DNA of 64,000 nt from Actinomycetota bacterium (GTDB lineage Bacteria > Actinomycetota > UBA4738 > HRBIN12): positions 1,620-65,619 of the forward strand of contig JAXDJX010000019.1 in assembly GCA_034667405.1 (NCBI GenBank), written 5' to 3'. Positions 29,513 through 40,655 of the stretch are shown here, in pieces. Each line of letters starts with the position of its first letter. Position 1 is the stretch's first letter. The notes below the pieces were generated by a model. It had not been told where the DNA came from. It ran no database searches and saw nothing but the letters and a program-made list of their open reading frames with translations. A program made the position numbers and the translations under genes.

Positions 29513-30628
29513 CTATCGTAGCGTCGGAGGGCCTTGGTCGATGGCTCGCTCGTACCGCTCGCGGATCGCCGTCGCGACGACCCCCCACTCGAACCCGGCG
29601 GCACGCTCCCTGCCGGCGTCGGACAGCCGCTCGGAGAGGGCAGGGTCGTCCAGGATCCGAGCCGTCGCGGCGGCCAACGCTGCCGGATCGCCGGGGGGAA
29701 CCAGCAAGCCGTCAACCTCGTCGCGGACCACTTCGTCGTAGCCGCGGATGCGGCTCGCAACCACCGGCAATCCGGCAGCCATCGCTTCCACCAAGACGAT
29801 GCCGAAGCTCTCGCCGCCAAGGGCCGGCCCCAGGTACACGTCGGCAGCGGCGTGATAGCCGGGGAGGCGTTCGTTGGAGACGCTGCCCAGCAAGAGGATA
29901 CGGCCACGGAGTTCGGGAGACAGGGTGGCGACCGCCGACCGCTCCTTGCCGTCACCTGCCACGACCATCTGCAGGTCCGGACGGTTCGCCGCCAGGCGAC
30001 GGAAGGCCTCAACCGCGACCGGGAAGCCCTTGCGTTCTTCCAGCCTCCCTACGAACAGGAGCGTCGGACCCGCTTGCAAGGCAGCGGGTTCTGCGCCGGC
30101 GAAGCGATCGGTGTCGATCCCGTTGCCGATGACGTCGAACCGCCCGCCGATCCGCGACGCGGCGAAACTCCGCGCCGCCTCCGAGACCGCGATGCGGACC
30201 GTGATCCGCCGAGCGATCCGCCGGATGAGCGGAGCGGCCGCATCGAACAGTAGCGAGCGCTCGGCCGAGGAGTGAAACGTTGCGACGACGGGTACGCGCG
30301 CCTCGAGGAGAGCCCAGAGCGACGTGCTCGGGGAGAAGGGCTCGTGGATATGGAGGACGTCTGGCGCGAAGGCGCGCAGTTGCCTCCCGACCACCCCTCG
30401 CGACCAGGGCCTGGGGTCGATGGGGACGTTCGACGCGTTGTAACCGATGGTGACCGGGCGCGCGACCACCCTGACCCACGGCTCCGGCGCAGGCCGGCTC
30501 CCGGGCGCCAACACCATTACCTCGTCACCTCCAGCCCGCAGTCGGGCCGCCAGCTCCCGGACGTGGCCCTGGACGCCGCCGGGGGCGTCCCAGGCGTAGG
30601 GGCAGATCAGCGCGACCCTCACGGCCAT
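29513..30628 (-). CDS. pimA: GT4 glycosyltransferase, phosphatidylinositol alpha-mannosyltransferase PimA-like
   Basis: GT-B GT4: N-terminal VALICPYAWDAPGGVQGHV and C-terminal EX7E region (ESFGIVLVEAMAAGLPVV). Located downstream of pgsA1 and the acyltransferase, as in mycobacteria. Confidence 0.8.
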   Translation of the reverse strand: MAVRVALICPYAWDAPGGVQGHVRELAARLRAGGDEVMVLAPGSRPAPEPWVRVVARPVTIGYNASNVPIDPRPWSRGVVGRQLRAFAPDVLHIHEPFSPSTSLWALLEARVPVVATFHSSAERSLLFDAAAPLIRRIARRITVRIAVSEAARSFAASRIGGRFDVIGNGIDTDRFAGAEPAALQAGPTLLFVGRLEERKGFPVAVEAFRRLAANRPDLQMVVAGDGKERSAVATLSPELRGRILLLGSVSNERLPGYHAAADVYLGPALGGESFGIVLVEAMAAGLPVVASRIRGYDEVVRDEVDGLLVPPGDPAALAAATARILDDPALSERLSDAGRERAAGFEWGVVATAIRERYERAIDQGPPTLR

Positions 30629-31503
30629 CCCTGCTGGAACAGATGCCAATCCGCCGGCTCGACGGAGATCAATGCCTCGAATTCCTTCGCCAAGGACTGC
30701 GTGATGGCGGTGACGTCTGCTCGACGATCGCCCGTCGCGCGGACGTGGATGGGCTCGCGCATCACGCAGAGCCACCCGCCCGGTCGGCTGTAGACCGCGC
30801 AGGGCACCAACGGTGCACCCGTCCGAAGCGCAAGCGCCGCCGGACCCGCCGGCATCCGTCTGACCTTGCCGAACATCTCGACCTCGATGCCCGACCCAGT
30901 GAGGTCTCGGTCGGCGACCAGCGCCACCACCTTGTCGTCATGCAGCGCCTGCGCGAGCGCCCGACCCGTGCCGGACCCGCTGTCGAGCGGAAGGATCTCC
31001 ATACCGAGGGCACGGCGGTGGTTCTCGAAGAGTTCGAAGAGACGTTGGGGTTCCAGGCGTTCGGCGACCGAGACGATGGGCAGTCCCAAGCAGTGGACCC
31101 ACTTGCCGGCCACATCCCAGTTCCCCATATGCGGAAGGGTGAGGATCACTCCATTGCCGTTCTCGATCGCATCGTCCATGTGGGACTTCCCCTCGCAATG
31201 GAAGCGACGCAAGACCTCCCCCGGCGACAGCCCCACGGCATGGAACCCTTCATACCAATAGCGCCCATACCGAACGAACGCCTCCCGCGTGGCGGCCATG
31301 ACCGCAGGATCACCGGGCGCACGACCCAGGACCTGCGCCTGGTTCGCGGCAACCACCGCTCGAATCGTGGGCGCCGTGCGATACACGAGTTTCGCGACCG
31401 ACTCGAAGAGCGGCACGCCCAGCCGTTCGGGCAGTGCGACGGCGGCCCCGCGGACCGCCTGGAACGCGCGAAAGGCCAATCGTTGGCGAAGCGGCTCACT
31501 CAC
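30619..31503 (-). CDS. Lauroyl/myristoyl-type acyltransferase (PIM acyltransferase, HtrB/PatA-like)
   Basis: LPLAT family with an HX4D-like motif (LPHMGNWDVAG) and a GTG start overlapping the pgsA1 stop (GTGA). Mycobacterial Rv2611c-like position. Confidence 0.75.
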   Translation of the reverse strand: MSEPLRQRLAFRAFQAVRGAAVALPERLGVPLFESVAKLVYRTAPTIRAVVAANQAQVLGRAPGDPAVMAATREAFVRYGRYWYEGFHAVGLSPGEVLRRFHCEGKSHMDDAIENGNGVILTLPHMGNWDVAGKWVHCLGLPIVSVAERLEPQRLFELFENHRRALGMEILPLDSGSGTGRALAQALHDDKVVALVADRDLTGSGIEVEMFGKVRRMPAGPAALALRTGAPLVPCAVYSRPGGWLCVMREPIHVRATGDRRADVTAITQSLAKEFEALISVEPADWHLFQQGWP

Positions 31504-32030
31504 GCGCGCTCCTCGCGCGCGACCTGAGCCGTGCGGACCACGACCGCCAGGATCGACACGGCCGCTGCGGCCCATATGGTCCACCGCAGCCACGCGAATC
31601 CCAACCCGGCGGCGATGAGTGCGTATCGGACCCCTCGGGTGACATGGCTCTCCTCCACCGCGTAGCCGAGCGAGGCGCCTTTCGCGCGGACGTAGGCCGA
31701 GAGGAAACTGGCTCCCAACGCAACCAGGGCGCCCGCGGCGACAGACGGGGCCGCCAGCCGAGAAACCCAACCGATCGATGCCAGCACCACGCCGTCCCAG
31801 ACGCGGTCGTCGAGCGCGTCCAGCATCCGGTCCGTAGGTCCGCCGGCCCCGTGGTTCGCCCGGTTTCCCCCTATGAGAAGAAGTGCGCCCGAGAGGCCGG
31901 CGCCTAGCGCTGCAACCTTCGGCGACCGCTCGACCACCTCGAACCCTGCGAACACCACGAGCGCCACGCCGACGATGAGCGTGGCGCGAGTGATGGCGGT
32001 GCCCGGCGGTTGTCGTTCGAAGCGGACCAT
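31500..32030 (-). CDS. pgsA1: CDP-alcohol phosphatidyltransferase (phosphatidylinositol phosphate synthase PgsA1-like)
   Basis: 176 aa multi-TM protein with the D-G-x2-A-R...G-x3-D-x3-D signature region (DALDDRVWDGVVLASIGW). Confidence 0.75.
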   Translation of the reverse strand: MVRFERQPPGTAITRATLIVGVALVVFAGFEVVERSPKVAALGAGLSGALLLIGGNRANHGAGGPTDRMLDALDDRVWDGVVLASIGWVSRLAAPSVAAGALVALGASFLSAYVRAKGASLGYAVEESHVTRGVRYALIAAGLGFAWLRWTIWAAAAVSILAVVVRTAQVAREERA

Positions 32031-32094
32031 GGGGTCCGCGCGAGCCTAGCACCTGACTAGAATCGCCCTACCTCTCGGGCGAAGGAGATGCCGC

Positions 32095-34179
32095 GTGAAG
32101 ACCTACGACGCGAAGGACATCCGCAACGTCTTGTTGGTTGGCCACGGTGGCTCGGGCAAGACGACCCTCCTGGAGGCGATGCTCTTCACCTCCGGGGCCA
32201 TCACTCGGATGGGCACCGTTGAGGATGGCAACACGGTTTCCGACCACGATCCCGACGAACAACGGAAGGCCATCTCCGTCTCGCTCTCCATGGCACCCAT
32301 CGAATGGAACGGCGTGAAGATCAATGTCCTGGACGCCCCCGGCTATGCCGACTTCATCGGCGACCTCCGTTCCGCGGTTCGAGCGGCAGATGCTGTGATC
32401 GTCGTTGTGTCGGCCGTCGACGGGGTCGAGGTGCAGACGGAAGTGGCGTGGGAACTGGCGGTAGAGGCAGCTCTCCCCCGCGCGATCTTCATCAACAAGC
32501 TCGACCGGGAGCGGGCGGACTTCCAGGCGACACTCGACCAACTGGTCTCGGCGTTCGGGAACCAGGTGGCGCCGTTCGAACTCCCGATCGGAGCGGAGCA
32601 CGAGTTCAACGGAGTGGCCGACCTTCTTCACGAGAAGGCCGACCTCTATCCCGATGGCCCGAAGGCGGTGGAATCCGACTGGCCCGAGGATCTGCACGCC
32701 ATGGCGGACCCTGCCCGAGAGAAGCTCATGGAAGCCGTGGCTGAATCCGACGACGACCTCATCGAGGAATACCTGGAACAGGGAACCCTGCCGGAGAAGC
32801 ACATCGTGTCCGGAGCGAAGGACGGTTTCGCCCGGGCCCGCCTGGCACCGGTGATCGTCGGATCGGCCGAGAAGGCCATCGGCATCGACCGACTACTGGA
32901 CTTCATCGTGGAGGAGTTCCCCTCCCCCGTCGATCGCGGCCCGGTGGAGGTCTCCGCCAAAGACGGCACTACAACAGAACGTCCTCCCGATCCGTCCGCG
33001 CCCGTCTCGGCGTTCGTGTTCAAGACGTTGTCGGACCCCTTCGTCGGACACATCACGATGTTCCGCGTCTTCAGCGGCCGCGTGAAGCCGGATGCAACCA
33101 TCTGGAACGCGACGCAAGCCACGGACGAACGTATCGGGCAGCTGTTCACCCTGCGCGGCAAGGATCATGAGTCGATGTCCGAAGTCGTGGCAGGTGACAT
33201 CGGAGCGGTGGCAAAGCTCGCGCACACCCACACCGGCGACACCTTCAGCACGAAGGAGAACCCCGTGCAGCTCGCCGGCATCGAGCTCCCCGAGCCACTC
33301 CTGGCCTACGCCATCGAACCGAAAGCCAAGGGCGACGAAGACAAGCTCTCCACGGGACTTTCCCGGATGCGCGAGGAGGACCCCACGCTACGCGTGGCTC
33401 GGACGGACGAGACTCACGAGACGGTCATGTACGGCATGGGTGAGGCGCACCTAGAAGTGATCATCGAGCGCCTGAGGCGGAAGTACGGGGTCGAGGTCAC
33501 GCATCGGCCCGCCAAGATCGCCTATCGCGAAACCATCCGTACGAAAGCCAAAGGGCTCGGGCGACACGTCAAGCAAACCGGCGGCCACGGCCAGTACGCG
33601 GTCTGCAGCATCGAGATCGAACCCCAGCCTCGCGGGGAAGGCTTCATGTACGAGAACAAGATCTTCGGAGGAGCCATCCCTTCGCAGTTCATCCCTTCGA
33701 TCGAGAAGGGCATCGTGAAGACCATGACTGAGGGCGTGATCAGCGGGAACCCGATGGTCGACGTGAAGGTCACCCTCATCGACGGGAAGTTCCATCCGGT
33801 GGACTCTTCCGACATGGCGTTCCAGATCGCCGGTTCCCTCGCGCTGAAAGAGGCCGTGGACCAAGCGGGTGTGGTGCTCCTGGAACCGGTGGTCGACCTC
33901 GAGGTCATCGTTCCCGACGCCTATACGGGAGACGTCATGGGCGACCTCAATGCCAAGCGCGGGAGGATCGCCGGGATGGAGCAGGCGGGTGGCGGCAAGC
34001 AGGTCATCAAGGCGACCGTCCCGCAGGCGGAGGTGGCCCGCTACGTCATCGATCTACGCTCGATGACGGGGGGACGCGGCGCGTTCTCACTCGCGTTCTC
34101 CCACTACGAGGAACTCCCGCAGCATCTGGCACAGAAGGTCATCGACGAAGCACACAAGGCGCGCGAAGAACGCCACTGA
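32095..34179 (+). CDS. Elongation factor G paralog (EF-G2-like translational GTPase)
   Basis: 694 aa, GTG start with a GAAGGAG RBS. G1 GHGGSGKTT, DAPGYADF, NKLD, and EF-G domains II-V. Divergent from the PIM cluster. Confidence 0.85.
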   Translation: MKTYDAKDIRNVLLVGHGGSGKTTLLEAMLFTSGAITRMGTVEDGNTVSDHDPDEQRKAISVSLSMAPIEWNGVKINVLDAPGYADFIGDLRSAVRAADAVIVVVSAVDGVEVQTEVAWELAVEAALPRAIFINKLDRERADFQATLDQLVSAFGNQVAPFELPIGAEHEFNGVADLLHEKADLYPDGPKAVESDWPEDLHAMADPAREKLMEAVAESDDDLIEEYLEQGTLPEKHIVSGAKDGFARARLAPVIVGSAEKAIGIDRLLDFIVEEFPSPVDRGPVEVSAKDGTTTERPPDPSAPVSAFVFKTLSDPFVGHITMFRVFSGRVKPDATIWNATQATDERIGQLFTLRGKDHESMSEVVAGDIGAVAKLAHTHTGDTFSTKENPVQLAGIELPEPLLAYAIEPKAKGDEDKLSTGLSRMREEDPTLRVARTDETHETVMYGMGEAHLEVIIERLRRKYGVEVTHRPAKIAYRETIRTKAKGLGRHVKQTGGHGQYAVCSIEIEPQPRGEGFMYENKIFGGAIPSQFIPSIEKGIVKTMTEGVISGNPMVDVKVTLIDGKFHPVDSSDMAFQIAGSLALKEAVDQAGVVLLEPVVDLEVIVPDAYTGDVMGDLNAKRGRIAGMEQAGGGKQVIKATVPQAEVARYVIDLRSMTGGRGAFSLAFSHYEELPQHLAQKVIDEAHKAREERH

Positions 34180-34181
34180 AC

Positions 34182-34664
34182 TCAGGCGAACCTGGGAGCC
34201 AGCCGGCGATACGTGTCTGCGAGGAGTTCGGGCAGCACCCGGGTCTCCCCCACCACCGGCATGAAGTTCGTGTCCCCGCTCCACCGCGGGACCACGTGCC
34301 AATGCAGATGGTCGGGGATCCCGGCACCGCCCACCCGGCCCAGATTCATCCCGATGTTGAAGCCCTGCGGTTCGGACTCCTCCCGGAGTGCACGAACCGA
34401 TCGTTGCAACAAGGACTGCAGGGCGGCGTTCTCCTCATCCGTGAGCGCCTCGATGTCTCCCACATGTCGGCCCGGGATCACCACGAGATGTCCGGGGTTG
34501 TAGGGGAACTTGTTGAGGACCACGAAGGCAAGGTCGGTTCGGGCCAGCACCCGTTCGTCCTGGTCGCCGTCGCGGATCCGGCAGAAGACGCAGCCCTCGG
34601 GTTCGTCGTCGTCCGCGTGAGTTTGGATGTACTCCATCCGCCACGGACTCCAGAGATGATCCAC
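34182..34664 (-). CDS. HIT family hydrolase
   Basis: Histidine triad region HLHWHVVPR. GTG start near 34664 adjacent to the thrS stop. The thrS-HIT-pgsA1 synteny is conserved. Confidence 0.75.
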   Translation of the reverse strand: MDHLWSPWRMEYIQTHADDDEPEGCVFCRIRDGDQDERVLARTDLAFVVLNKFPYNPGHLVVIPGRHVGDIEALTDEENAALQSLLQRSVRALREESEPQGFNIGMNLGRVGGAGIPDHLHWHVVPRWSGDTNFMPVVGETRVLPELLADTYRRLAPRFA

Positions 34665-34665
34665 G

Positions 34666-36612
34666 TCAGTCTCCGAAGCGGGTCTGCTCCAGCGCCCGCG
34701 TCTCCGCCTCACGGACCAGTGCCTCCAGGACCCGCTCGAACGCCACGTTCTGTGTTTCTTCACCCGAGCGGTCGCGGACGGTAAAGGTGCCGGTCTCGAT
34801 ATCGCGGTCACCGACCACCAGCGTGTAGGGGGCCTTCGCGATCTGCGCCGCGCGGATCTTCTTCCCGACCGACTCCTTCGAGTCGTCTATGAATGTCCGT
34901 AACCCGGCGGCCCGAGCTTTGGCAGCGAGGTCCTCGCATCGGTCGTTGTGGCGGTCGGCCACTGGGACGAACCGGAGCTGCTCGGGCGCGAGCCAGAGGG
35001 GGAAGGCGCCGGCGTAGTGTTCAAGGAGCACGGCGAAGAACCGTTCGATGGAGCCGAACAGGGCCCGGTGGATCATGACGGGGCGGTGCCGCGCGTTATC
35101 GGCTCCCGTGTAGTTGATATCGAACCGGGCGGGCGTCTGGAAATCGAGCTGGATGGTCGACATCTGCCAGGTTCGACCGATGGCGTCGCGAGCCTGCACG
35201 CTGATCTTCGGCCCGTAGAACGCCCCGCCTCCCTCGTCCATGACGAGTTCGAGGTCCATCTGTTCCGCCGCTTCGCGGAGCGCCTGCGTTGCTTCGGACC
35301 AATCCTCGTCCGAGCCGAAGGCCTTCACCTCGGGCTTCGTCGAGAGTTCGAGGTAGAAGTCGTCCAAGCCATAGTCGCGAAGGAGGTCCAGCACGAAGAC
35401 CAACAGCGAGCGGAGTTCTTCACCCATCTGTTCGCGGATGGTGAAGATGTGCGCATCGTCCTGCGTCATCCCACGCACTCGCGTCAGGCCGTGGACCACA
35501 CCCGACATCTCGTAGCGATAGACGGTTCCGAATTCGAACAGCCTGAGTGGTAGCTCGCGGTAGCTGCGGATCCGGCTGCGGAAGATAAGGACGTGGAACG
35601 GGCAATTCATGGGCTTCAGGTAGTACTCGACGCCTCCGTCCAGCTCCATGGGCGGGAACATGCCGTCCGCGTACCACTCCAGGTGTCCGGATGTTTGGAA
35701 CAACTCCGCCTTCGTGATGTGCGGGGTGTAGACGTACTCGTAGCCTGCGGCTTCGTGACGCTCGAGTGAGTACTCCTCCATGAGGCGCCGCACCAGTCCG
35801 CCCTTGGGATGGAAGACGGCGAGCCCCGACCCGATCTCCTCGGGGAAGCTGAACAGGTCCAGGTCGATCCCCAGCTTGCGGTGATCGCGACGTTCCGCTT
35901 CCTCAAGCCGGTGCAGATGGGCGTCCAGATCCTCTTGCGATGCCCACGCGGTGCCGTAGATCCGGGTAAGCATCCCTCGCGACTCATCTCCGCGCCAATA
36001 CGCTCCCGCGATGTTCGTCAGCTTGAAGGCCCCGAGTTTCCCAGTGTGGGAAACGTGTGGCCCGAGGCAGAGGTCGACCCACTCCGAATTCCGGTAGATC
36101 GTCACGGAATCCCCGATGTCGACCTCACCCTCCTCGGACGCTAGGCCTTCGATGATCTCTCGCTTGAAGGGTTGGTCGCCCAGGCGCGCGATCGCCTCCG
36201 CCCGCGACACTTCCTCGCGCACGAACGGCTGGTTCAGTTTGACGATCTGACGCATCCGCCGGTCGATCCTCTGAAGATCGGCGGTCGTGATCGGCTCGGG
36301 GAGTTCGAAGTCGTAATAGAAGCCGTCGGTGATGGCAGGACCGATCGCGTACTTCGCTCCCGGGAAGAGATCGCAGACCGCCTGCGCCATCACGTGGGCG
36401 GTGGAATGACGAAGGACGTGGAGACCGTCATCCTCCGTGGCGCGGACGGGGACGACCGCCGCATCGGCCGACGGCACGTGGGAGAGGTCACGGAGCGTGC
36501 CGTCGACGCGTGCGGCCAACGTGCCCTTCGGCATGGCAGAGCCGACCGGCTCCCCTTCCGGGAGGGACTTGGTCGAACCGTCGGGCAGGGTAAGGATCGG
36601 CATGGCGCCCAT
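34666..36612 (-). CDS. thrS: Threonine--tRNA ligase
   Basis: 648 aa. TGS and editing domains, class II core ([12 protein letters not shown]) and an anticodon-binding domain. Confidence 0.95.
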   Translation of the reverse strand: MGAMPILTLPDGSTKSLPEGEPVGSAMPKGTLAARVDGTLRDLSHVPSADAAVVPVRATEDDGLHVLRHSTAHVMAQAVCDLFPGAKYAIGPAITDGFYYDFELPEPITTADLQRIDRRMRQIVKLNQPFVREEVSRAEAIARLGDQPFKREIIEGLASEEGEVDIGDSVTIYRNSEWVDLCLGPHVSHTGKLGAFKLTNIAGAYWRGDESRGMLTRIYGTAWASQEDLDAHLHRLEEAERRDHRKLGIDLDLFSFPEEIGSGLAVFHPKGGLVRRLMEEYSLERHEAAGYEYVYTPHITKAELFQTSGHLEWYADGMFPPMELDGGVEYYLKPMNCPFHVLIFRSRIRSYRELPLRLFEFGTVYRYEMSGVVHGLTRVRGMTQDDAHIFTIREQMGEELRSLLVFVLDLLRDYGLDDFYLELSTKPEVKAFGSDEDWSEATQALREAAEQMDLELVMDEGGGAFYGPKISVQARDAIGRTWQMSTIQLDFQTPARFDINYTGADNARHRPVMIHRALFGSIERFFAVLLEHYAGAFPLWLAPEQLRFVPVADRHNDRCEDLAAKARAAGLRTFIDDSKESVGKKIRAAQIAKAPYTLVVGDRDIETGTFTVRDRSGEETQNVAFERVLEALVREAETRALEQTRFGD

Positions 36613-36638
36613 GATATCGGCGTGACGTCCGCGACCGA

Positions 36639-39182
36639 CTACTCGTAGGAGATCGCTTGGAGCACGTCGATCTTCGCCGCGCGGCGCGCCGGCCAGATCG
36701 CGGCCACCACCCCGAGCAAGCCGGCGACCACCAGCATGAGTACGAGTTGTCCGACCGGCAGCGACAGCCTCGATACCCCCTGGTCGGCAAGCGCGCGCTG
36801 CATCGCCCAGCCGAAGGCGACCCCGATCGCAAGACCCAGGATGGCGCCGATGAGTGCGATCACCACGGCCTCCGATCGGATCATCCGACGCACCTGTTTC
36901 CTGGACATCCCCACCGCCCGCAGCAGCCCCAGCTCTCGGATGCGTTCGTAGATGGAAAGGGCGAGCGTGTTGACGATCCCGAACAGAGAGATGATCACCG
37001 AGAGCACCAGCAGCCCGAAGACCAGGCTGAAGATCTGATCGATCTGCGCGATCTCTTTCTCCTTGAACTGACTCTGGTCGCTCACCTGGACGTTGGGATA
37101 GCCCTTCAAGATGGTGTCGATCCCCTGTTTGACCGCAGTCGCATTGGCGCCCGGAGCCACCTTGACGAACACCACGAAGTCGAGCTGTTGCGCCACGTTC
37201 GCTTCGAAGGTGGACAGGGACGTCGCGTAGTCGTTCAGCAGGCTGTTCTGCTCGAACACGCCCACGACCTTCAGTTGTTGCGCACCCGTTCGCGAGAAGG
37301 TCGCGGTGAGCGTGTCGCCGACGCTCAAGTGTTTCGTCAGGGCGGCGCCGCTCGACACGATGACCGTGCCATCCGCGGATAGGCCCCCCAGCGAACCCGA
37401 TTCCATGGTCACGTTCGCCACCTTCGGGAGTCCGGCAGGATCGATCCCCACCATGAACGTGGACGCGGTGCCGAGTTTGACCTGCGCCTGGCGGAGCGGC
37501 GACGTCGCTTCAATGCCGGGCACGGTGCCCACCTCCTTCGACACCTGCGGACTGAAGGGTTGGAAGGACGTGGTGCTCAGCGTGTAGTCGGCTCGCAACA
37601 CGGCATCGAGCGTCGCGGTTACCGATGCCCGCAGCGAAGCCGCGAAGACACTTACGAACACCACCAGTCCGAGCCCGATCATGAGCGCGGACGACGTCGA
37701 TGCCGTTCGGCGAGGGTTCCGTTTCGCGTTCTCCAAGCCCAAGCGTCCCGGGAGCGCGCGGCGGAGCGGAGCTCCCAGAACAGCGCCGAGTGGCTCGGTA
37801 ACCAGCGGCGAGAGCATCGCCACGCCGATGAAGGTGAGCATGGCCCCCAGCCCCACCAGGGAGCCCGCGTTGGACACGCCACCGAACAGTCCGCCCAGCA
37901 GCGCCGCCACACCCGCCACGGTCACGATGGAACCCGCGATGACCCGGCGGCGCATCGAGGTAGGGGGGGCGGCACCTTCTGTGAGCGCTTCGATGGGCGA
38001 AACACGCGATGCTCGCCGGGCCGGTGAGAGCGCCGCCACCCCGGTGATGATGGTCCCGACGGCGAGGGACACGATGAAGGTGCGAGGGGCGATAACCAGG
38101 GATCCACTCGGCAGCTTGAGCCCCAGCGCGCTCAACAGCCCTCTCAACACGACGGCCAGACCCAGGCCAACCCCCACGCCCACCAGCGAGGCCACGAAAC
38201 CCACCAGCACAGACTCACTCAACACCGACGCCATGACCTGGCCGCGACCGGCACCGAGCGCTCGCAGCAACGCGAGCTCCCGCGTTCTCTGCGTAACCAC
38301 GATGTTGAACGTGTTGAAGATGATGAACGCCCCGACGAACAGCGAAACGAACGCGAACACCAGCAACGCCGTGCGGAGGAACCCGAGGCCCTTGTTGATG
38401 TCCGCGGTCTGCGTCTCCGCTGCGGAGGCGGATGTGACCGCCTCGAATCCGTTCGGCAGCGCGTTCTGGACCCGTGAGGCCAACTGCACGGGGGTGACGC
38501 CGGGATCGCTCGCCACGTAGATGTAGCTGTACTCGTCCTGCATGCCGAAGAGCTTCTGCGCGGTCGGCAGGTCGAATATCGCGAGCGTGGCGCCGAGGAG
38601 ACTGTCCGAATTCTCGTATCGCCCGATCCCCGAGATGGTGTAGGTTCCGCTCCCGGTCGAGGTCACGATCTGCAGCCTCTGGCCGACCGAGAGGTGATGG
38701 TCCGAGGCGGTCCCGGCGTCGATGAGGACCTCGGTCGAACCCGACGGTGCACTCCCCTGTGCCACGATCAGACTCGTGACCGCGGGATCCCACGAGTTCC
38801 CGATGGTCGGCGCTCCACCATTGTGGATCGAATCGCCGGTGACGGGGTCGGTGATCTCGGCCAGACCGGATACATCGCCGTTGACTGCTCGAACGCCGGG
38901 CACAGCTTCGACCTTGCTGAGGACGTCGGCAGGGATCGGGTCGCCAAGCTGACCTCCCCCGCCGCCGGGACCTCCCTGATCCGGCGTGAAGGCGGTTTTT
39001 GCTTGGACCACCACGTCGGTTCCCTTGTACACGTCGCCGAAGAGACCGTCGAAGCTGTCGAGCGCGGTGTCGGTGATGATGAGCGTGCCGGCCATGAAAC
39101 CGACGCCGAGCACGACCGCGACCGCCGTCAGCGCCAGGCGGAGCTTCCGGGCCAACAGGCTCTTGACGGTGGCGCGCCACAT
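36639..39182 (-). CDS. ABC transporter permease, FtsX/MacB family with two large extracytoplasmic domains
   Basis: 847 aa with duplicated 4-TM FtsX modules and large periplasmic loops. Directly downstream of the ATPase gene. Confidence 0.8.
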   Translation of the reverse strand: MWRATVKSLLARKLRLALTAVAVVLGVGFMAGTLIITDTALDSFDGLFGDVYKGTDVVVQAKTAFTPDQGGPGGGGGQLGDPIPADVLSKVEAVPGVRAVNGDVSGLAEITDPVTGDSIHNGGAPTIGNSWDPAVTSLIVAQGSAPSGSTEVLIDAGTASDHHLSVGQRLQIVTSTGSGTYTISGIGRYENSDSLLGATLAIFDLPTAQKLFGMQDEYSYIYVASDPGVTPVQLASRVQNALPNGFEAVTSASAAETQTADINKGLGFLRTALLVFAFVSLFVGAFIIFNTFNIVVTQRTRELALLRALGAGRGQVMASVLSESVLVGFVASLVGVGVGLGLAVVLRGLLSALGLKLPSGSLVIAPRTFIVSLAVGTIITGVAALSPARRASRVSPIEALTEGAAPPTSMRRRVIAGSIVTVAGVAALLGGLFGGVSNAGSLVGLGAMLTFIGVAMLSPLVTEPLGAVLGAPLRRALPGRLGLENAKRNPRRTASTSSALMIGLGLVVFVSVFAASLRASVTATLDAVLRADYTLSTTSFQPFSPQVSKEVGTVPGIEATSPLRQAQVKLGTASTFMVGIDPAGLPKVANVTMESGSLGGLSADGTVIVSSGAALTKHLSVGDTLTATFSRTGAQQLKVVGVFEQNSLLNDYATSLSTFEANVAQQLDFVVFVKVAPGANATAVKQGIDTILKGYPNVQVSDQSQFKEKEIAQIDQIFSLVFGLLVLSVIISLFGIVNTLALSIYERIRELGLLRAVGMSRKQVRRMIRSEAVVIALIGAILGLAIGVAFGWAMQRALADQGVSRLSLPVGQLVLMLVVAGLLGVVAAIWPARRAAKIDVLQAISYE

Positions 39183-39186
39183 GCCG

Positions 39187-39924
39187 TCAGGCCTCCAGCG
39201 ACTTCAACCGGTCCAGGACGCGGTCCGCGGTTGGCTCCAGCATCTCGTCAACGGCTCTTCCATCCGCGAGGAACACGATCCGGTCGGCGTAGCTCGCGGC
39301 TCCCGCGTCGTGGGTGACCATGACGATGCTTTGCCCGTGGTCCTTCACCGCGGCTCGCAGGAACGTGAGGAGTTCGGCACTCGCTTTCGAGTCCAGGTTT
39401 CCCGTCGGTTCGTCGGCGAACACGATCTCGGGTGTACTGAGGAGCGCGCGGGCGCCCGCCACCCGCTGCTGTTGTCCTCCCGAGAGTTCGCTGGGCCGGT
39501 GCTTGAGCCGGTCCCGCAGCCCGACCGCATTCACCACCTCATCGAATCTCGCCGGGTCCACCGTCCGTCCGGCGATGTCCAGCGGAAGCGTGATGTTCTC
39601 CGCGGCCGTCAGCGTCGGGATCAAGTTGAAGGCCTGGAACACGAACCCCACCTTGTCGCGACGCAGCTGGGTGAGCTGCTTGTCGTTGAGCGAGGTGAGG
39701 TCAACATCGCCGATAAAGACCTGACCGAACGTCGGAGTGTCGAGACCGGCCAGGCAATGCAGGAGGGTCGACTTGCCGGAACCGGAGGGACCCATGATCG
39801 CGGTGAACTCGCCCTGCCCGAACATTGCGTCGATAGCATCGAGCGCCGTGACGGCAGCGTCGCCGACCCCGTACACCTTCGATAGTCCGACGGCGCGGGC
39901 GACTGCTTGGCTGGTCATGATCAC
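39187..39924 (-). CDS. ABC transporter ATP-binding protein (MacB/LolD-like)
   Basis: 245 aa. Walker A GPSGSGKSTLL, signature LSGGQQQRVA, Walker B IVFADEPTGNLD. Confidence 0.9.
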   Translation of the reverse strand: MIMTSQAVARAVGLSKVYGVGDAAVTALDAIDAMFGQGEFTAIMGPSGSGKSTLLHCLAGLDTPTFGQVFIGDVDLTSLNDKQLTQLRRDKVGFVFQAFNLIPTLTAAENITLPLDIAGRTVDPARFDEVVNAVGLRDRLKHRPSELSGGQQQRVAGARALLSTPEIVFADEPTGNLDSKASAELLTFLRAAVKDHGQSIVMVTHDAGAASYADRIVFLADGRAVDEMLEPTADRVLDRLKSLEA

Positions 39925-40274
39925 GATCCCTTCCGCTCACGTTTCGAAAGAGGCTACGCGAGATGGCGAGGAGAGACTGAGCGGCGCGCGTCGAAACCAG
40001 CGGGAGGATCGACCGCAGTCCGTGTGGTCAGGCTACGTGTCGGAGGCTCGGGCTCAGATGCAGGACGTCGGCCGAATCGGCGTTCGTCGTGGCTCCCCAG
40101 GTTGCCACGACGACGATCAGCGCGACTGCGATGAAGATCGCGAAGAACATGCCTACAGCCTGTCACCGTTCGCCGCGCTTCCCAGCATCTGCAGGGGTCA
40201 TTTTTTGGTGGCTTCAACAGCTGCCGCTCCACCAGAAAGGACTAGTCAATCCGCTGATCATCGGCCGTTCATCG

Positions 40275-40349
40275 TGGTGGGCGCGGCAGGTTTTGAACCT
40301 GCGACCTCTCGCGTGTGAGGCGAGCGCTCTCCCGCTGAGCTACGCGCCC
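40275..40349 (-). tRNA. tRNA-Val (anticodon CAC)
   Basis: Reverse complement GGGCGCGTAGCTCAGCGGGAGAGCGCTCGCCTCACACGCGAGAGGTCGCAGGTTCAAAACCTGCCGCGCCCACCA folds as a cloverleaf. Anticodon loop CTCACAC, encoded CCA. Confidence 0.85.
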
Positions 40350-40655
40350 GGGAGCCCTCTCACGATACCAACGAACGCAGCGTCACCGAGTTCGAACAAG
40401 GTGACGGCGGCACGTGCCCGCGTCGTGCCGCCGTCGGTCCGAGTCGCTGAGACTCAGACGTTTGAGGTAGTGCGCGCTGACTAGTCTGGCACGGGTCACG
40501 CGGCGCGAGCAAGCGGGAACTGGACGCCGAACACTCCCCCGCCCAAGAGGCCTTTGCCTCCTATCGGCCTCTGGAACACCGGGTGTACGGTGGCCGAGGG
40601 ACGCGCGATCGCGTCCGCGGAGGTGAGGGACTTGCGGAGCAGGAGAACGGTCACG

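Noticed and set aside
40200-40275. T6 run with nearby inverted repeat as a Rho-independent terminator next to tRNA-Val(CAC)
   Set aside because: On the plus strand the T-run precedes rather than follows the stem. On the minus strand (tRNA direction) the stem is followed by A, not U, residues. Neither orientation makes a terminator.
40089-40484. 131-aa plus-strand ORF
   Set aside because: Runs straight across tRNA-Val(CAC) and has no RBS. It is an artefact of the open GC-rich frame.
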